NCBI GenBank assembly: GCA_035531675.1 | Contig: DATKSL010000041.1 | Coordinates: 32,696-96,695, forward strand | Origin: Candidatus Binataceae bacterium | GTDB taxonomy: Bacteria; Desulfobacterota; Binatia; Binatales; Binataceae | Length of the DNA: 64,000 nt | Reading direction: 5' to 3' | Part shown: one piece after another, positions 29,331 through 36,851 of the stretch | How the letters are laid out: each line of letters begins with the position of its first letter | Position numbering within the stretch: position 1 is the first letter of the stretch | Position numbers and translations under genes: made by a program | Notes under the pieces: model-generated | What the model saw: the letters and a program-made list of their open reading frames with translations, nothing else | Databases searched by the model: none | What the model was told of the DNA's origin: nothing

Positions 29331-30762
29331 AAGCCTAAAGCTGCGCCTTGCCGCCGTCATCCTGCTGGCGATCGTGCCGCCGGCGGTGCTGCTGGCGGTA
29401 ATCGCGGCCAACCAGCCGGGTTACTGGGTATGGATGCTGATCGCGATCGGCGCCGGGGCGCTGCTCGCAATCGTCGCGGCCGGCACCATCGTCGGATGGT
29501 GGCTGCAGAGCGTCGAACGCATCAGCGCGGTTGCCTCGGCGCTCGCCGGGCGCCGGCCGCCGGCCCATTTCACCGCCGACTCGCGCGATGCGATGGGCCG
29601 CGCCGAGCATCTGCTGCTCGAGAGCGCCGGCGCGGTAATCGCCGACCTCGGCCGGCTGTCCGAGGAGGCCGGCGAGTTCGACGCGATCCTGCGCGGCATG
29701 AGCGAAGCGGTGGTGGTCACCAATGCCAACGGCGCCGTGGTGCTGCTCAACGGCGCGGCGCTCAGGATGTTCGCGCTGGCCGAAACTATCGACTACCGCG
29801 GCCGCGACTTCGTCGAACTGTGCCGCGATCCGCGCCTGCAGGAATTCGTCGCGCGCTCGATGGCCACGGCGGCCGCCGGCCAGGGCGCGGCCACTGGTCA
29901 GCGGATGGCGAGCGCCGAAATCACCATCCAGACTCCGACGCCGCATAATCTGAGCGCCAGCGCGGCGCCACTCACGCCCGCGCGGGGAGCGGCCGCGGCC
30001 TGGGTGTTCGTGTTTCACGACATCACCCAGCTCAAGTCGTACGAGACCGTGCGCACCGACTTCATCGCCAACCTGACGCACGAGTTGCGCACTCCCTTGA
30101 GCGCCCTGTGCGGCTATGCGGAGACGCTGATGGAGGGGGTCGACGAGCTCGAGACGCGCCAGCGCTTCCTCGGCATCATCGAGCGCCAGGCGCGCCGCCT
30201 TTCGCGCCTGCTCGACGACCTGATTTCACTCTCGGACCTGGAACGCGGCTTCGCCGCGCTCAAGCTGGAGGCGCTGGCGCCGCGCCGCGCGCTCGGCGAA
30301 GCGGTCGATCTGATGCAGGAGCAGGCGCAACGCCACGGCGTCACGCTGGCGATGAAATGCCCCGACGGACTGCCCGAGATCGCCGCCGATCGCGATCGCG
30401 TGCAGCAGGTGATGCTCAACCTGATCGACAACGCCATCAAGTACACGCCGCGCGGCGGCAGCGTCACCGTCGAGTCGCGGGCGGCCTCCGACGGCGCCAA
30501 CGGCGAGCCGCATGCGGGCGTCGAACTGGCGGTCGCCGACACCGGCGACGGCATCCCGGCGGCCGACATCCCGCGCCTGACCGAGCGCTTCTACCGGGTC
30601 GATCGGGCACGCTCGCGCGAGCTGGGCGGCACCGGGCTGGGACTCGCGATCGTCAAGCATATCGTGCAGCTTCATCACGGCCGCCTGAAGATCGAGAGCC
30701 GCCTGCGCGAGGGCACGACCGTCACCGTCTGGCTGCCCGCCGCTCAGCCGCCGCCCGCCTGA
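29323..30762 (+). CDS. phoR: Phosphate regulon sensor histidine kinase PhoR
   Basis: Two N-terminal TM helices, a PAS-like region, an H-box FIANLTHELRTPLSAL and an HATPase_c domain (…DTGDGIPAADIPRLTERFYRVD…GGTGLGLAIVKHIV). The start is a TTG per the track and overlaps the phoB stop. Confidence 0.8.
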   Translation: MTRSLKLRLAAVILLAIVPPAVLLAVIAANQPGYWVWMLIAIGAGALLAIVAAGTIVGWWLQSVERISAVASALAGRRPPAHFTADSRDAMGRAEHLLLESAGAVIADLGRLSEEAGEFDAILRGMSEAVVVTNANGAVVLLNGAALRMFALAETIDYRGRDFVELCRDPRLQEFVARSMATAAAGQGAATGQRMASAEITIQTPTPHNLSASAAPLTPARGAAAAWVFVFHDITQLKSYETVRTDFIANLTHELRTPLSALCGYAETLMEGVDELETRQRFLGIIERQARRLSRLLDDLISLSDLERGFAALKLEALAPRRALGEAVDLMQEQAQRHGVTLAMKCPDGLPEIAADRDRVQQVMLNLIDNAIKYTPRGGSVTVESRAASDGANGEPHAGVELAVADTGDGIPAADIPRLTERFYRVDRARSRELGGTGLGLAIVKHIVQLHHGRLKIESRLREGTTVTVWLPAAQPPPA

Positions 30763-30774
30763 ATTTCCTGGGCT

Positions 30775-30868
30775 CCCTCCCCCGAAACAGTGGGGGAGGG
30801 AGTCAGAAGCGTGCGCGCATCGCGCGGCGGACCACCATCCTTGAAACGCGATCGTCATTATGAAAAGT
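30775..30868. repeat. Direct repeat copy 1 (about 95 bp) containing the hairpin CCCTCCCCC-GAAACAGT-GGGGGAGGG
   Basis: A 46-bp core identical to copy 2 (CGCGGCGGACCACCATCCTTGAAACGCGATCGTCATTATGAAAAGT) plus a diverged upstream arm. The extended similarity continues to about 30890 (AGCGTGCGCGCC). Confidence 0.8.
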
Positions 30869-30928
30869 GAGGAGGACTAGCGTGCGCGCCGGAAATTCCA
30901 TCTGAGTTGAAAGAGCGGGGTCGAAGAA

Positions 30929-31543
30929 ATGGCGCCGAGAATAAAATTAATCGAAGACCTCAACAACCCACCGCCCGAGGTCGGCAAGGTCCTCGCCGCG
31001 TACATGGAACGGACCGGAGGGCAATACGCGAAGATCGCCCTCGACATGGACCATCCATGGCGCCAGAAGGGGACCGACGACCATCATCAATGGGCGTTAC
31101 AGATAGCCAACGCTTACGGACTCAGCCCGCGGCTGCTGGAACTGAAACTCCAGTACGACTGGTACCTGGTGCGCGAGGGGCTGATTGCTCAGCGTTCGCA
31201 GCAACTGGTCGAGATGTTAGGCACGGTGATCGCCGGGGCCCTGCAATGCCCGTATTGAACTGCCTGGCATTCAGCCGCGTCGCGGTTTGCAGGAGCAGGT
31301 GCGGAGCAAGTCGAAAAACTCAAGGATTACGATCAGCACCGGGCGGCATTTTCGGAGCTTGAGCTCGCGGTTTTCGATTACGGCCGGAAGATTGCGCTGT
31401 GGGCCTACAAGGTAACGGACGAGGAAATCGAACACTTAAAGCAATGGTTTAATGATGCGGAATTGGTCGAGCTGACCGAACTGGCCTGCCATTTCACGGC
31501 GCTCGCCAAATTTTTCCCATCGCTTGACGTCGAGATTTGGTGA
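30929..31543 (+). CDS. AhpD/carboxymuconolactone-decarboxylase (CMD) family peroxidase-related protein with in-frame UGA; putative selenoprotein (Sec at codon 110)
   Basis: The track ORF 30929..31258 stops at TGA (31256-31258), but the same frame continues for 94 more codons to a TGA at 31541-31543. The TGA sits in ...GALQ-C-P-Y-[TGA]-T-A-W-H..., i.e. in the position of the second Cys of the CxxC...H AhpD active-site motif. An RBS GAGGAGGA lies upstream. Combined length is 204 aa, typical for the family. Confidence 0.6.
31263..31293 (+). promoter_or_regulatory. Candidate bacterial SECIS hairpin immediately downstream of the in-frame UGA
   Basis: The sequence CCUG.GCA...AGCCGCG-UC(G)-CGCGGUU...UGCAGG can fold as an interrupted stem of roughly 12 bp. 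The upper stem starts about 15 nt after the UGA and the apical loop contains GUC. This was folded by eye only. Confidence 0.3.
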
Positions 31544-31596
31544 GCAAGCTGACCGGCCTCCTGGGCCTCAAAAAAAGAGGCGTCGAGAGTATCTCA

Positions 31597-31734
31597 CTTC
31601 CGCCCCCTCAGTTTTGGGGGAGGGTTGCGATGCGGCTCGCGGATGTTTGACTCCCTCCCCCTGTGTTTTGGGGGAGGGTTGCGATACGGCTCGCGGATGT
31701 TTGACTCCCTCCCCCACTGTTTTGGGGGAGGGTT
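31597..31734. repeat. 54-bp tandem repeat (about 2.6 copies), each unit carrying the palindrome CCCTCCCCC-N8-GGGGGAGGG
   Basis: Units at 31597-31650, 31651-31704 and 31705-31734 (partial). Unit consensus is CTCCCTCCCCCNNNGTTTTGGGGGAGGGTTGCGATRCGGCTCGCGGATGTTTGA. The small track ORFs here (31524..31760 +, 31568..31819 -, 31594..31836 -, 31625..31864 +) are repeat artefacts. Confidence 0.85.
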
Positions 31735-31922
31735 GGGGTGGGGGTCGAAGACTATTCTGACTGTCTGTGAGAACCGTCTCGATTTGAATCCGAATCTGCT
31801 CGATCGAAAGCTCGACCAATCACCAAAGTCGGCCACGCCGGAAGCATCGGCGCAAAAAGATTAGGACGAGGAAGCGCCGCAGAAAAAGCCCCCGGCGCTT
31901 CCTCGCTCGACCCTCACCCCAG

Positions 31923-32018
31923 CCCTCCCCCGAAACTGAGGGGGGGAGTCAGCAGCGCGCACGTGTTCATCGCGCGGCGGACCACCATCCTTGAAACGCG
32001 ATCGTCATTATGAAAAGT
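31923..32018. repeat. Direct repeat copy 2 (about 96 bp), ending 17 bp upstream of tRNA-Arg
   Basis: Same core as copy 1. The extended similarity (AGCGTGCGCC at 32031-32040) runs into the first 5 nt of the tRNA gene. Confidence 0.8.
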
Positions 32019-32035
32019 CTTTAAGGTTCCAGCGT

Positions 32036-32112
32036 GCGCCGTTAGCTCAGCGGATTAGAGCGGCAGACTACGGATCTGTAGGTCGGGGGTTCAAATCCCT
32101 CACGGCGCACCA
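32036..32112 (+). tRNA. tRNA-Arg (anticodon ACG)
   Basis: 77 nt. Acceptor stem GCGCCGU/ACGGCGC, D-arm GCUC/GAGC, anticodon stem GCAGA/UCUGU with loop CU-ACG-GA, 5-nt variable loop, T-arm GGGGG-UUCAAAU-CCCUC, and 3' ACCA encoded. Confidence 0.9.
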
Positions 32113-32212
32113 GGCAAACTCCCTAACCTTCAATCAAAACTTGTGATTCCACGCCCGATGCGGGTCCGCGCGCGCATCATGTCCGGCGCGGATGCTATGC
32201 TGAAACCCGCCG

Positions 32213-33232
32213 ATGCGACTCGCTGATCTCGATTACGAACTGCCGCCGGAACGAATCGCGCAGCATCCGATCGCTGAGCGCGACGACGCCCGCCTGATGG
32301 TGGTCGAGCGCGGGACCGCTGCGATCGAGCATGCGCGCTTCCGCAAGCTCGGCCGCTTTCTCCATGAGGGCGACCTGCTGGTGCTCAACGATACCCGGGT
32401 CTTTCCGGCGCGGCTCTTTGCCCGCAAACCATCGGGCGGGCGGCTCGAACTGCTGATGGTGCGGCCGGCGAGCGATCCGCCGGGCGGATGGGTGGCGCTG
32501 ATGCGCGCCCATCACGCGCCCAAAGAGGGTGATAGGCTGGCGATCGAATCCGGCCCGACGCTCAGGGTGGTGCGCTACGAGCGTCCCGGCCGTCCGGTGC
32601 TGGTCAGCGAGAACGGCCGTTCGATCGACGAGCTGATCCAGGCCCACGGACGCCTCGCGCTGCCGCCCTATATCGATCGCGAGCCCGAAGCCGAGGATGC
32701 CGCCGCGTATCAGACCGTCTATGCCGCGCAAACCGGGGCGGTCGCCGCGCCGACCGCGGGCTTGCATTTCACGCCCGCCCTGATGGACGAGCTGGCGGCG
32801 GCCGGAATCCGGCTCGCGCGCCTGACGCTCCATATCGGGCCGGGAACTTTCGCGCCGGTACGCAGCGCCGAGGTCGAGGCGCATACCATGGAGGCCGAGT
32901 GGTACACGATTCCGCCCGCCGCCCGCGACGCGATCGAGCTGGCGCGGCGCACCGGCGGACGCGTGATCGCGGTCGGCACCAGCAGCGTCCGCGCGCTCGA
33001 ATCGTTCGCGGTCACCGGCGATGCGGAGGGCTCGACCGGGCTCTTCATCGCGCCCGGGTTTCGATTCAAGCTGGTCGACGCGATGGTGACGAACTTTCAT
33101 ATGCCGCGCAGCACGGTGCTGGCGATGGTGATGGCGATGGCGGGACGCGAGCTGATCCTCAAGGCCTATCGCGAGGCGATTCGCCACCGTTATCGTTTTC
33201 TGAGCTACGGCGACGCGATGCTGATCCTGTAA
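32213..33232 (+). CDS. queA: S-adenosylmethionine:tRNA ribosyltransferase-isomerase QueA
   Basis: 339 aa: MRLADLDYELPPERIAQHPIAERDDARLMVV...LVLNDTRVFPARL... is canonical QueA. Confidence 0.9.
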   Translation: MRLADLDYELPPERIAQHPIAERDDARLMVVERGTAAIEHARFRKLGRFLHEGDLLVLNDTRVFPARLFARKPSGGRLELLMVRPASDPPGGWVALMRAHHAPKEGDRLAIESGPTLRVVRYERPGRPVLVSENGRSIDELIQAHGRLALPPYIDREPEAEDAAAYQTVYAAQTGAVAAPTAGLHFTPALMDELAAAGIRLARLTLHIGPGTFAPVRSAEVEAHTMEAEWYTIPPAARDAIELARRTGGRVIAVGTSSVRALESFAVTGDAEGSTGLFIAPGFRFKLVDAMVTNFHMPRSTVLAMVMAMAGRELILKAYREAIRHRYRFLSYGDAMLIL

Positions 33233-34380
33233 TGAACGGCGCCGTGAGTATCAGCGTCACTGCGCGCGACGGCGCGGCCCGCACCGCGCGGCTGACGACC
33301 CCGCATGGCGACGTGCCGACCCCGGCCTTCATGCCGGTGGGCACCCGCGCGGTGGTCAAAACGATGGGGCCCGACGAGCTGTGGTCGATGGGTTACCGGC
33401 TGGTGCTCGCCAACGCCTATCATCTCGCCGTCCGCCCCGGCGCCGAGCTGGTTCACGAGTTGGGCGGGGTGGCCCGCTTCATGGGCTTCGCCGGCGCGGT
33501 GCTGACCGATTCCGGCGGCTTCCAGGCGATGAGTCTGGCCAGTATCAATTCGATCAGCGAGGCCGGGATCCGTTTTCGATCGCATCTCGACGGCGCGCCG
33601 CTGATGTTCACGCCCGAGAGCGCAGTCGAGCTCCAGGAGCAGCTCGGATCCGATCTGATGATGTCGCTCGATGAATGCACGCCCTACCCGGTGACGCCCG
33701 AGCGCGCCCGCGCCTCGGCCGAGATGACGGCGCGCTGGGCCGAGCGCGGCCTGCGCGCACATCGCAGCACCGTGCAGGCGCTGTTCGGAATCGTGCAGGG
33801 CAGTATCTATCCCGATCTGCGCCGGATGAGTGCGCGCCAGATAACCGCGCTGGAGTTCGACGGCTTCGCCACCGGCGGGCTGTCGGTCGGCGAGCCCAAG
33901 GCGGCGATGCGCGAGATGGCGGCGCTGGCGGCCGAAATGCTGCCCGCGGCGAAGCCGCGCTACCTGATGGGGGTCGGCACGCCGGAGGATCTGCTCGCCG
34001 CCATCGCGATGGGTTACGATCTGTTCGATTGTGTGCTGCCGACGCGCAACGCGCGCAACGGCGGCGCCTTCACCAGCCACGGCCGGATCGCGATCAAGCG
34101 CGCCGCCTACACCCGCGATCCGCGGCCGCTCGATGCGGATTGCGGATGCCGTTGCTGTGTGACCTTCACGCGCGCCTATCTGCGCCATCTCTACATGAGC
34201 GGCGAAATTCTGGCGGCTCGCGCACTGACCGAACATAACCTGTTTTTCTATGCTGGCTTGATGCGTCAGGCGCAAGCTGCTATCGCATCGGGCACCTACC
34301 GGACGTTTTCCCGTGCGGTGATTGACCGGATTTCAGCCGGCGACGGCGAGGCCGGTGGAGTAAAAAGCGATGTGGTTTGA
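33232..34380 (+). CDS. tgt: Queuine tRNA-ribosyltransferase Tgt
   Basis: MNGAVSISVTARDGAARTARLTTPHGDVPTPAFMPVGT..., 383 aa, with the zinc motif CxCxxC...H near the C-terminus. The ATG overlaps the queA stop. Track ORF 32899..34380 is a spurious 5' extension. Confidence 0.9.
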   Translation: MNGAVSISVTARDGAARTARLTTPHGDVPTPAFMPVGTRAVVKTMGPDELWSMGYRLVLANAYHLAVRPGAELVHELGGVARFMGFAGAVLTDSGGFQAMSLASINSISEAGIRFRSHLDGAPLMFTPESAVELQEQLGSDLMMSLDECTPYPVTPERARASAEMTARWAERGLRAHRSTVQALFGIVQGSIYPDLRRMSARQITALEFDGFATGGLSVGEPKAAMREMAALAAEMLPAAKPRYLMGVGTPEDLLAAIAMGYDLFDCVLPTRNARNGGAFTSHGRIAIKRAAYTRDPRPLDADCGCRCCVTFTRAYLRHLYMSGEILAARALTEHNLFFYAGLMRQAQAAIASGTYRTFSRAVIDRISAGDGEAGGVKSDVV

Positions 34381-34729
34381 AGGAATAGCATGGGCCGCCA
34401 GTGCGTCGGCCCCGGCGCAGGGCGGATTCGATCAAGTCCTATGGACGATGATCGTGCCGTTCGCGATGATCTTCGGGATTGCCTATTTTCTGCTGATTCG
34501 GCCGCAGACCCAGAAGGCGAGCGAGCACCAGAAGATGGTCGGCGGCCTCAAGCGCAACGACGAGGTGGTGACCTCGGGCGGCATTTTGGGCAAAATTGTG
34601 GAGCTCGGCGATCGGCTGGTGACGCTCGAAATCGCCCCCAACGTGCGCATCAGGATCGAGCGCGCGCAGATCGGGGCGGTCTCAACCTACGGCAAAGGGT
34701 CGTCCTCCAAGAAGGAGCAGAACGGCTGA
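34370..34729 (+). CDS. yajC: Preprotein translocase subunit YajC
   Basis: 119 aa. ...APAQGGFDQVLWTMIVPFAMIFGIAYFLLIRPQTQK...VVTSGGILGKIVEL... matches YajC. Confidence 0.8.
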   Translation: MWFEGIAWAASASAPAQGGFDQVLWTMIVPFAMIFGIAYFLLIRPQTQKASEHQKMVGGLKRNDEVVTSGGILGKIVELGDRLVTLEIAPNVRIRIERAQIGAVSTYGKGSSSKKEQNG

Positions 34730-34759
34730 GGCCAGTTTTGCAACAAGGAATTTGAGCTC

Positions 34760-36418
34760 GTGGCGGCGCAAAATCAAAACCTGGCACCAATTCTCGTCCT
34801 GCTCGCGATTGCGATCGCGATCCTCTACCTGCATCTGAGCGGCGGGAGCGGCAAGACGCGGCTCTACTTGGCCGGCCTCCTGACCGCAGTCGGCGTACTG
34901 GTGATGCTGCCGACCTTGGCGGTGCCGATGCCCAACTGGTACCGGACCTGGTTTCCAACCCCCAAAATCCAGCTCGGGCTGGATCTGCAGGGCGGCAGCC
35001 ATCTGCTGCTCGAAGTGCAGCTCGACGCCGCCGTCAAGACCGCGTTGCGGCGCCGCGGCGACGATCTCAAGCGCGAGCTCGCCAGCAACAAGATCGATGC
35101 CGGGATTTCCGAGAATGCCGCCGGCGCGGTGATCGTCACACTGAAGAACGGCAGCCAACGCTCCCAGTTTCTTGATGTCGTCGACCGGCTGTTCAACGAC
35201 ATGACCGTGAACCAGGCCGCCGGCACAGGGGGCGCGGCCTATACGTTGAACTTCAAGCCGCGCCAGCTTGCCCAGGCCCGCTCTTCGGCGATGGACCAGG
35301 CGCTGGAGACGATCCGCAACCGTATCGACCAGCTCGGCGTGCGCGAAACCACCGTCGAGCGTGAAGGCGAAGATCGAATCCTGGTGCAACTGCCCGGCAT
35401 CCAGGATCCCGAGCGCGCCAAGGAGCTGATCGGCAAGACCGCGGTGCTCGAGTTCAAGCTGGTCGACGACGGCCACCCGGTCTCCGACGCGATCCGCAAC
35501 GGACCGCCGCCCGGCGACCAGGTGCTCTACGGCCGGCCCGAAGCCGGCGGCCGCGAACCCTACCTGGTCGAGACCCCGGTGCTGATGACCGGCGACGTGG
35601 TGACCGACGCGCGGGTGCGGCCGGGCGGAAGGCTCGAGGGGCCGTACGTGACGGTCGACCTCGATCGGCGCGGGGCCGATGTTTTCGACGCGCTGACCGC
35701 CTCCAACGTCGGACGCCGGCTGGCGATCATTCTCGACAATACGGTCTACTCGGCGCCGGTAATCAAGGAACGAATCCCCGGCGGGCGGGTGCAGATCACC
35801 GGCAATTTCTCGATCGATGACGCCCACGAGCTGGCGATCGTGCTGCGCTCGGGCGCGCTGCCGGCGCCGGTCAACATCATCGAGGAGCGGACCGTCGGTC
35901 CGTCGCTGGGACGCGATTCGATCCGCAACGGCGAGTTGTCATTTGTGGTCGGCGCGGCGGCGGTGCTGATCTTCATGGTGGCCTACTACAGCGGCGCCGG
36001 AATCTTGGCCGACTTCGGGCTGACGCTCAACATCCTGCTGCTGGTATGCGTGATGGCGGCGCTCGAGGCGACCCTGACCCTGCCGGGCATCGCGGGTATC
36101 GTGCTGACGCTGGGCATGTCGGTTGACGCCAACGTGCTGATCAATGAGCGGATGCGCGAGGAGCTGCGCGCGGGCAAGAGTCCGCGCGAGGCGGTCAAGC
36201 TCGGCTACGAGCGGGCCTGGTCGGCGGTGCGCGATTCGAATATCTCGACCTTTGCCGCCGGGCTGATCCTGTTCGAGTTCGGCACCGGTCCGGTCAAGGG
36301 CTTTGCCGTGACGCTGTGCGTCGGTATCCTGACTGGTCTGTTCTCCTGTATCGTGGTGACGCGCGCATGGTATGATTACCTGATAAGCCAGCGCCGGCTG
36401 AACACCATAAGTGTCTGA
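34760..36418 (+). CDS. secD: Protein-export membrane protein SecD
   Basis: 552 aa with an N-terminal TM helix, a large periplasmic domain and a C-terminal 5-TM bundle. No secF follows. Confidence 0.85.
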   Translation: MAAQNQNLAPILVLLAIAIAILYLHLSGGSGKTRLYLAGLLTAVGVLVMLPTLAVPMPNWYRTWFPTPKIQLGLDLQGGSHLLLEVQLDAAVKTALRRRGDDLKRELASNKIDAGISENAAGAVIVTLKNGSQRSQFLDVVDRLFNDMTVNQAAGTGGAAYTLNFKPRQLAQARSSAMDQALETIRNRIDQLGVRETTVEREGEDRILVQLPGIQDPERAKELIGKTAVLEFKLVDDGHPVSDAIRNGPPPGDQVLYGRPEAGGREPYLVETPVLMTGDVVTDARVRPGGRLEGPYVTVDLDRRGADVFDALTASNVGRRLAIILDNTVYSAPVIKERIPGGRVQITGNFSIDDAHELAIVLRSGALPAPVNIIEERTVGPSLGRDSIRNGELSFVVGAAAVLIFMVAYYSGAGILADFGLTLNILLLVCVMAALEATLTLPGIAGIVLTLGMSVDANVLINERMREELRAGKSPREAVKLGYERAWSAVRDSNISTFAAGLILFEFGTGPVKGFAVTLCVGILTGLFSCIVVTRAWYDYLISQRRLNTISV

Positions 36419-36558
36419 TTTGGAAAGATTTTTTGGGCCGCGCGCGAAGCGCCGCAGTGGTGTATACTAACCGCTTAGCGCTTGGCTTGACTTGTAAGAT
36501 GACGCCGTATTACAAAGCCTCGTCCCTTTCGACCCGTACGAAAGGGCGTCCTGTTTGG

Positions 36559-36759
36559 ATGACGATTGCCGATAAAGACGATGTGCTGCTGAACTCGCGG
36601 GAGGTCGCCTTTCTGCTCGACCTCAGCCCCGATACCGTTAACGAGTTCGCGCGGCGCAACCTGTTGCCTGCCTTCAAGAAGGGCCGCCAATGGCGGTTCC
36701 GCAAGCGCGATATTGCTTCCTTCAAGCGCCAGATGAGGGGCGTGAACGCCGCTGCATAG
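36559..36759 (+). CDS. Small helix-turn-helix DNA-binding protein (excisionase/MerR-like HTH_17 type)
   Basis: MTIADKDDVLLNSREVAFLLDLSPDTVNEFARRNLLPAFKKGRQWRFRKRDIASFK... is a 66-aa excisionase-family HTH. The track ORF 36433..36759 has a longer, low-complexity N-terminus. Palindromes lie upstream (CTTGTAA-N13-TTACAAG and CCCTTTCG-N7-CGAAAGGG). Confidence 0.5.
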   Translation: MTIADKDDVLLNSREVAFLLDLSPDTVNEFARRNLLPAFKKGRQWRFRKRDIASFKRQMRGVNAAA

Positions 36760-36851
36760 GGCGTCGCGCGCGGGGGAAAGATGATGCGGCGGTGGCAGCG
36801 TTGAGCTGGCTCTGGATTCCTAAATTACCGGGACTTGGAGAGGTGTGAGCG

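Noticed and set aside
30929-31258. Calling the 109-aa ORF a complete small gene, or the locus a frameshifted pseudogene
   Set aside because: There is no frameshift. The single TGA is in frame, the downstream 94 codons stay open in the same frame, and the TGA falls exactly at the redox-Cys position of the family motif. Sec readthrough is more parsimonious, though the pseudogene alternative remains possible without sel genes.
31524-31864. Cluster of overlapping small ORFs on both strands (31524..31760 +, 31568..31819 -, 31594..31836 -, 31625..31864 +) that could be read as small proteins or a CRISPR-like array
   Set aside because: They are generated by the 54-bp tandem palindromic repeats. The repeats are contiguous with no unique spacers, so this is not CRISPR. 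The repeated 'PPKQWGREXNIREP' translations are repeat artefacts with no RBS.
32036-32112. tRNA next to the UGA gene being tRNA-Sec (selC)
   Set aside because: It is 77 nt with a standard 7-bp acceptor stem and a short variable arm, and the anticodon is ACG. It is tRNA-Arg, not selC, which would be about 95 nt with an 8-bp acceptor stem, a long variable arm and a UCA anticodon.
32899-34380. 493-aa ORF spanning the queA 3' half and tgt as one gene
   Set aside because: The 5' part is an alternative-frame read through queA. tgt begins at the ATG at 33232 overlapping the queA stop, giving a standard 383-aa Tgt.
30775-36759. Integrative element or prophage at tRNA-Arg (repeats at the tRNA, excisionase-family HTH gene at 36.5 kb)
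   Set aside because: No integrase, recombinase, transposase, or phage structural or replication genes occur anywhere in the window. The genes between (queA-tgt-yajC-secD) are core housekeeping genes in canonical order.
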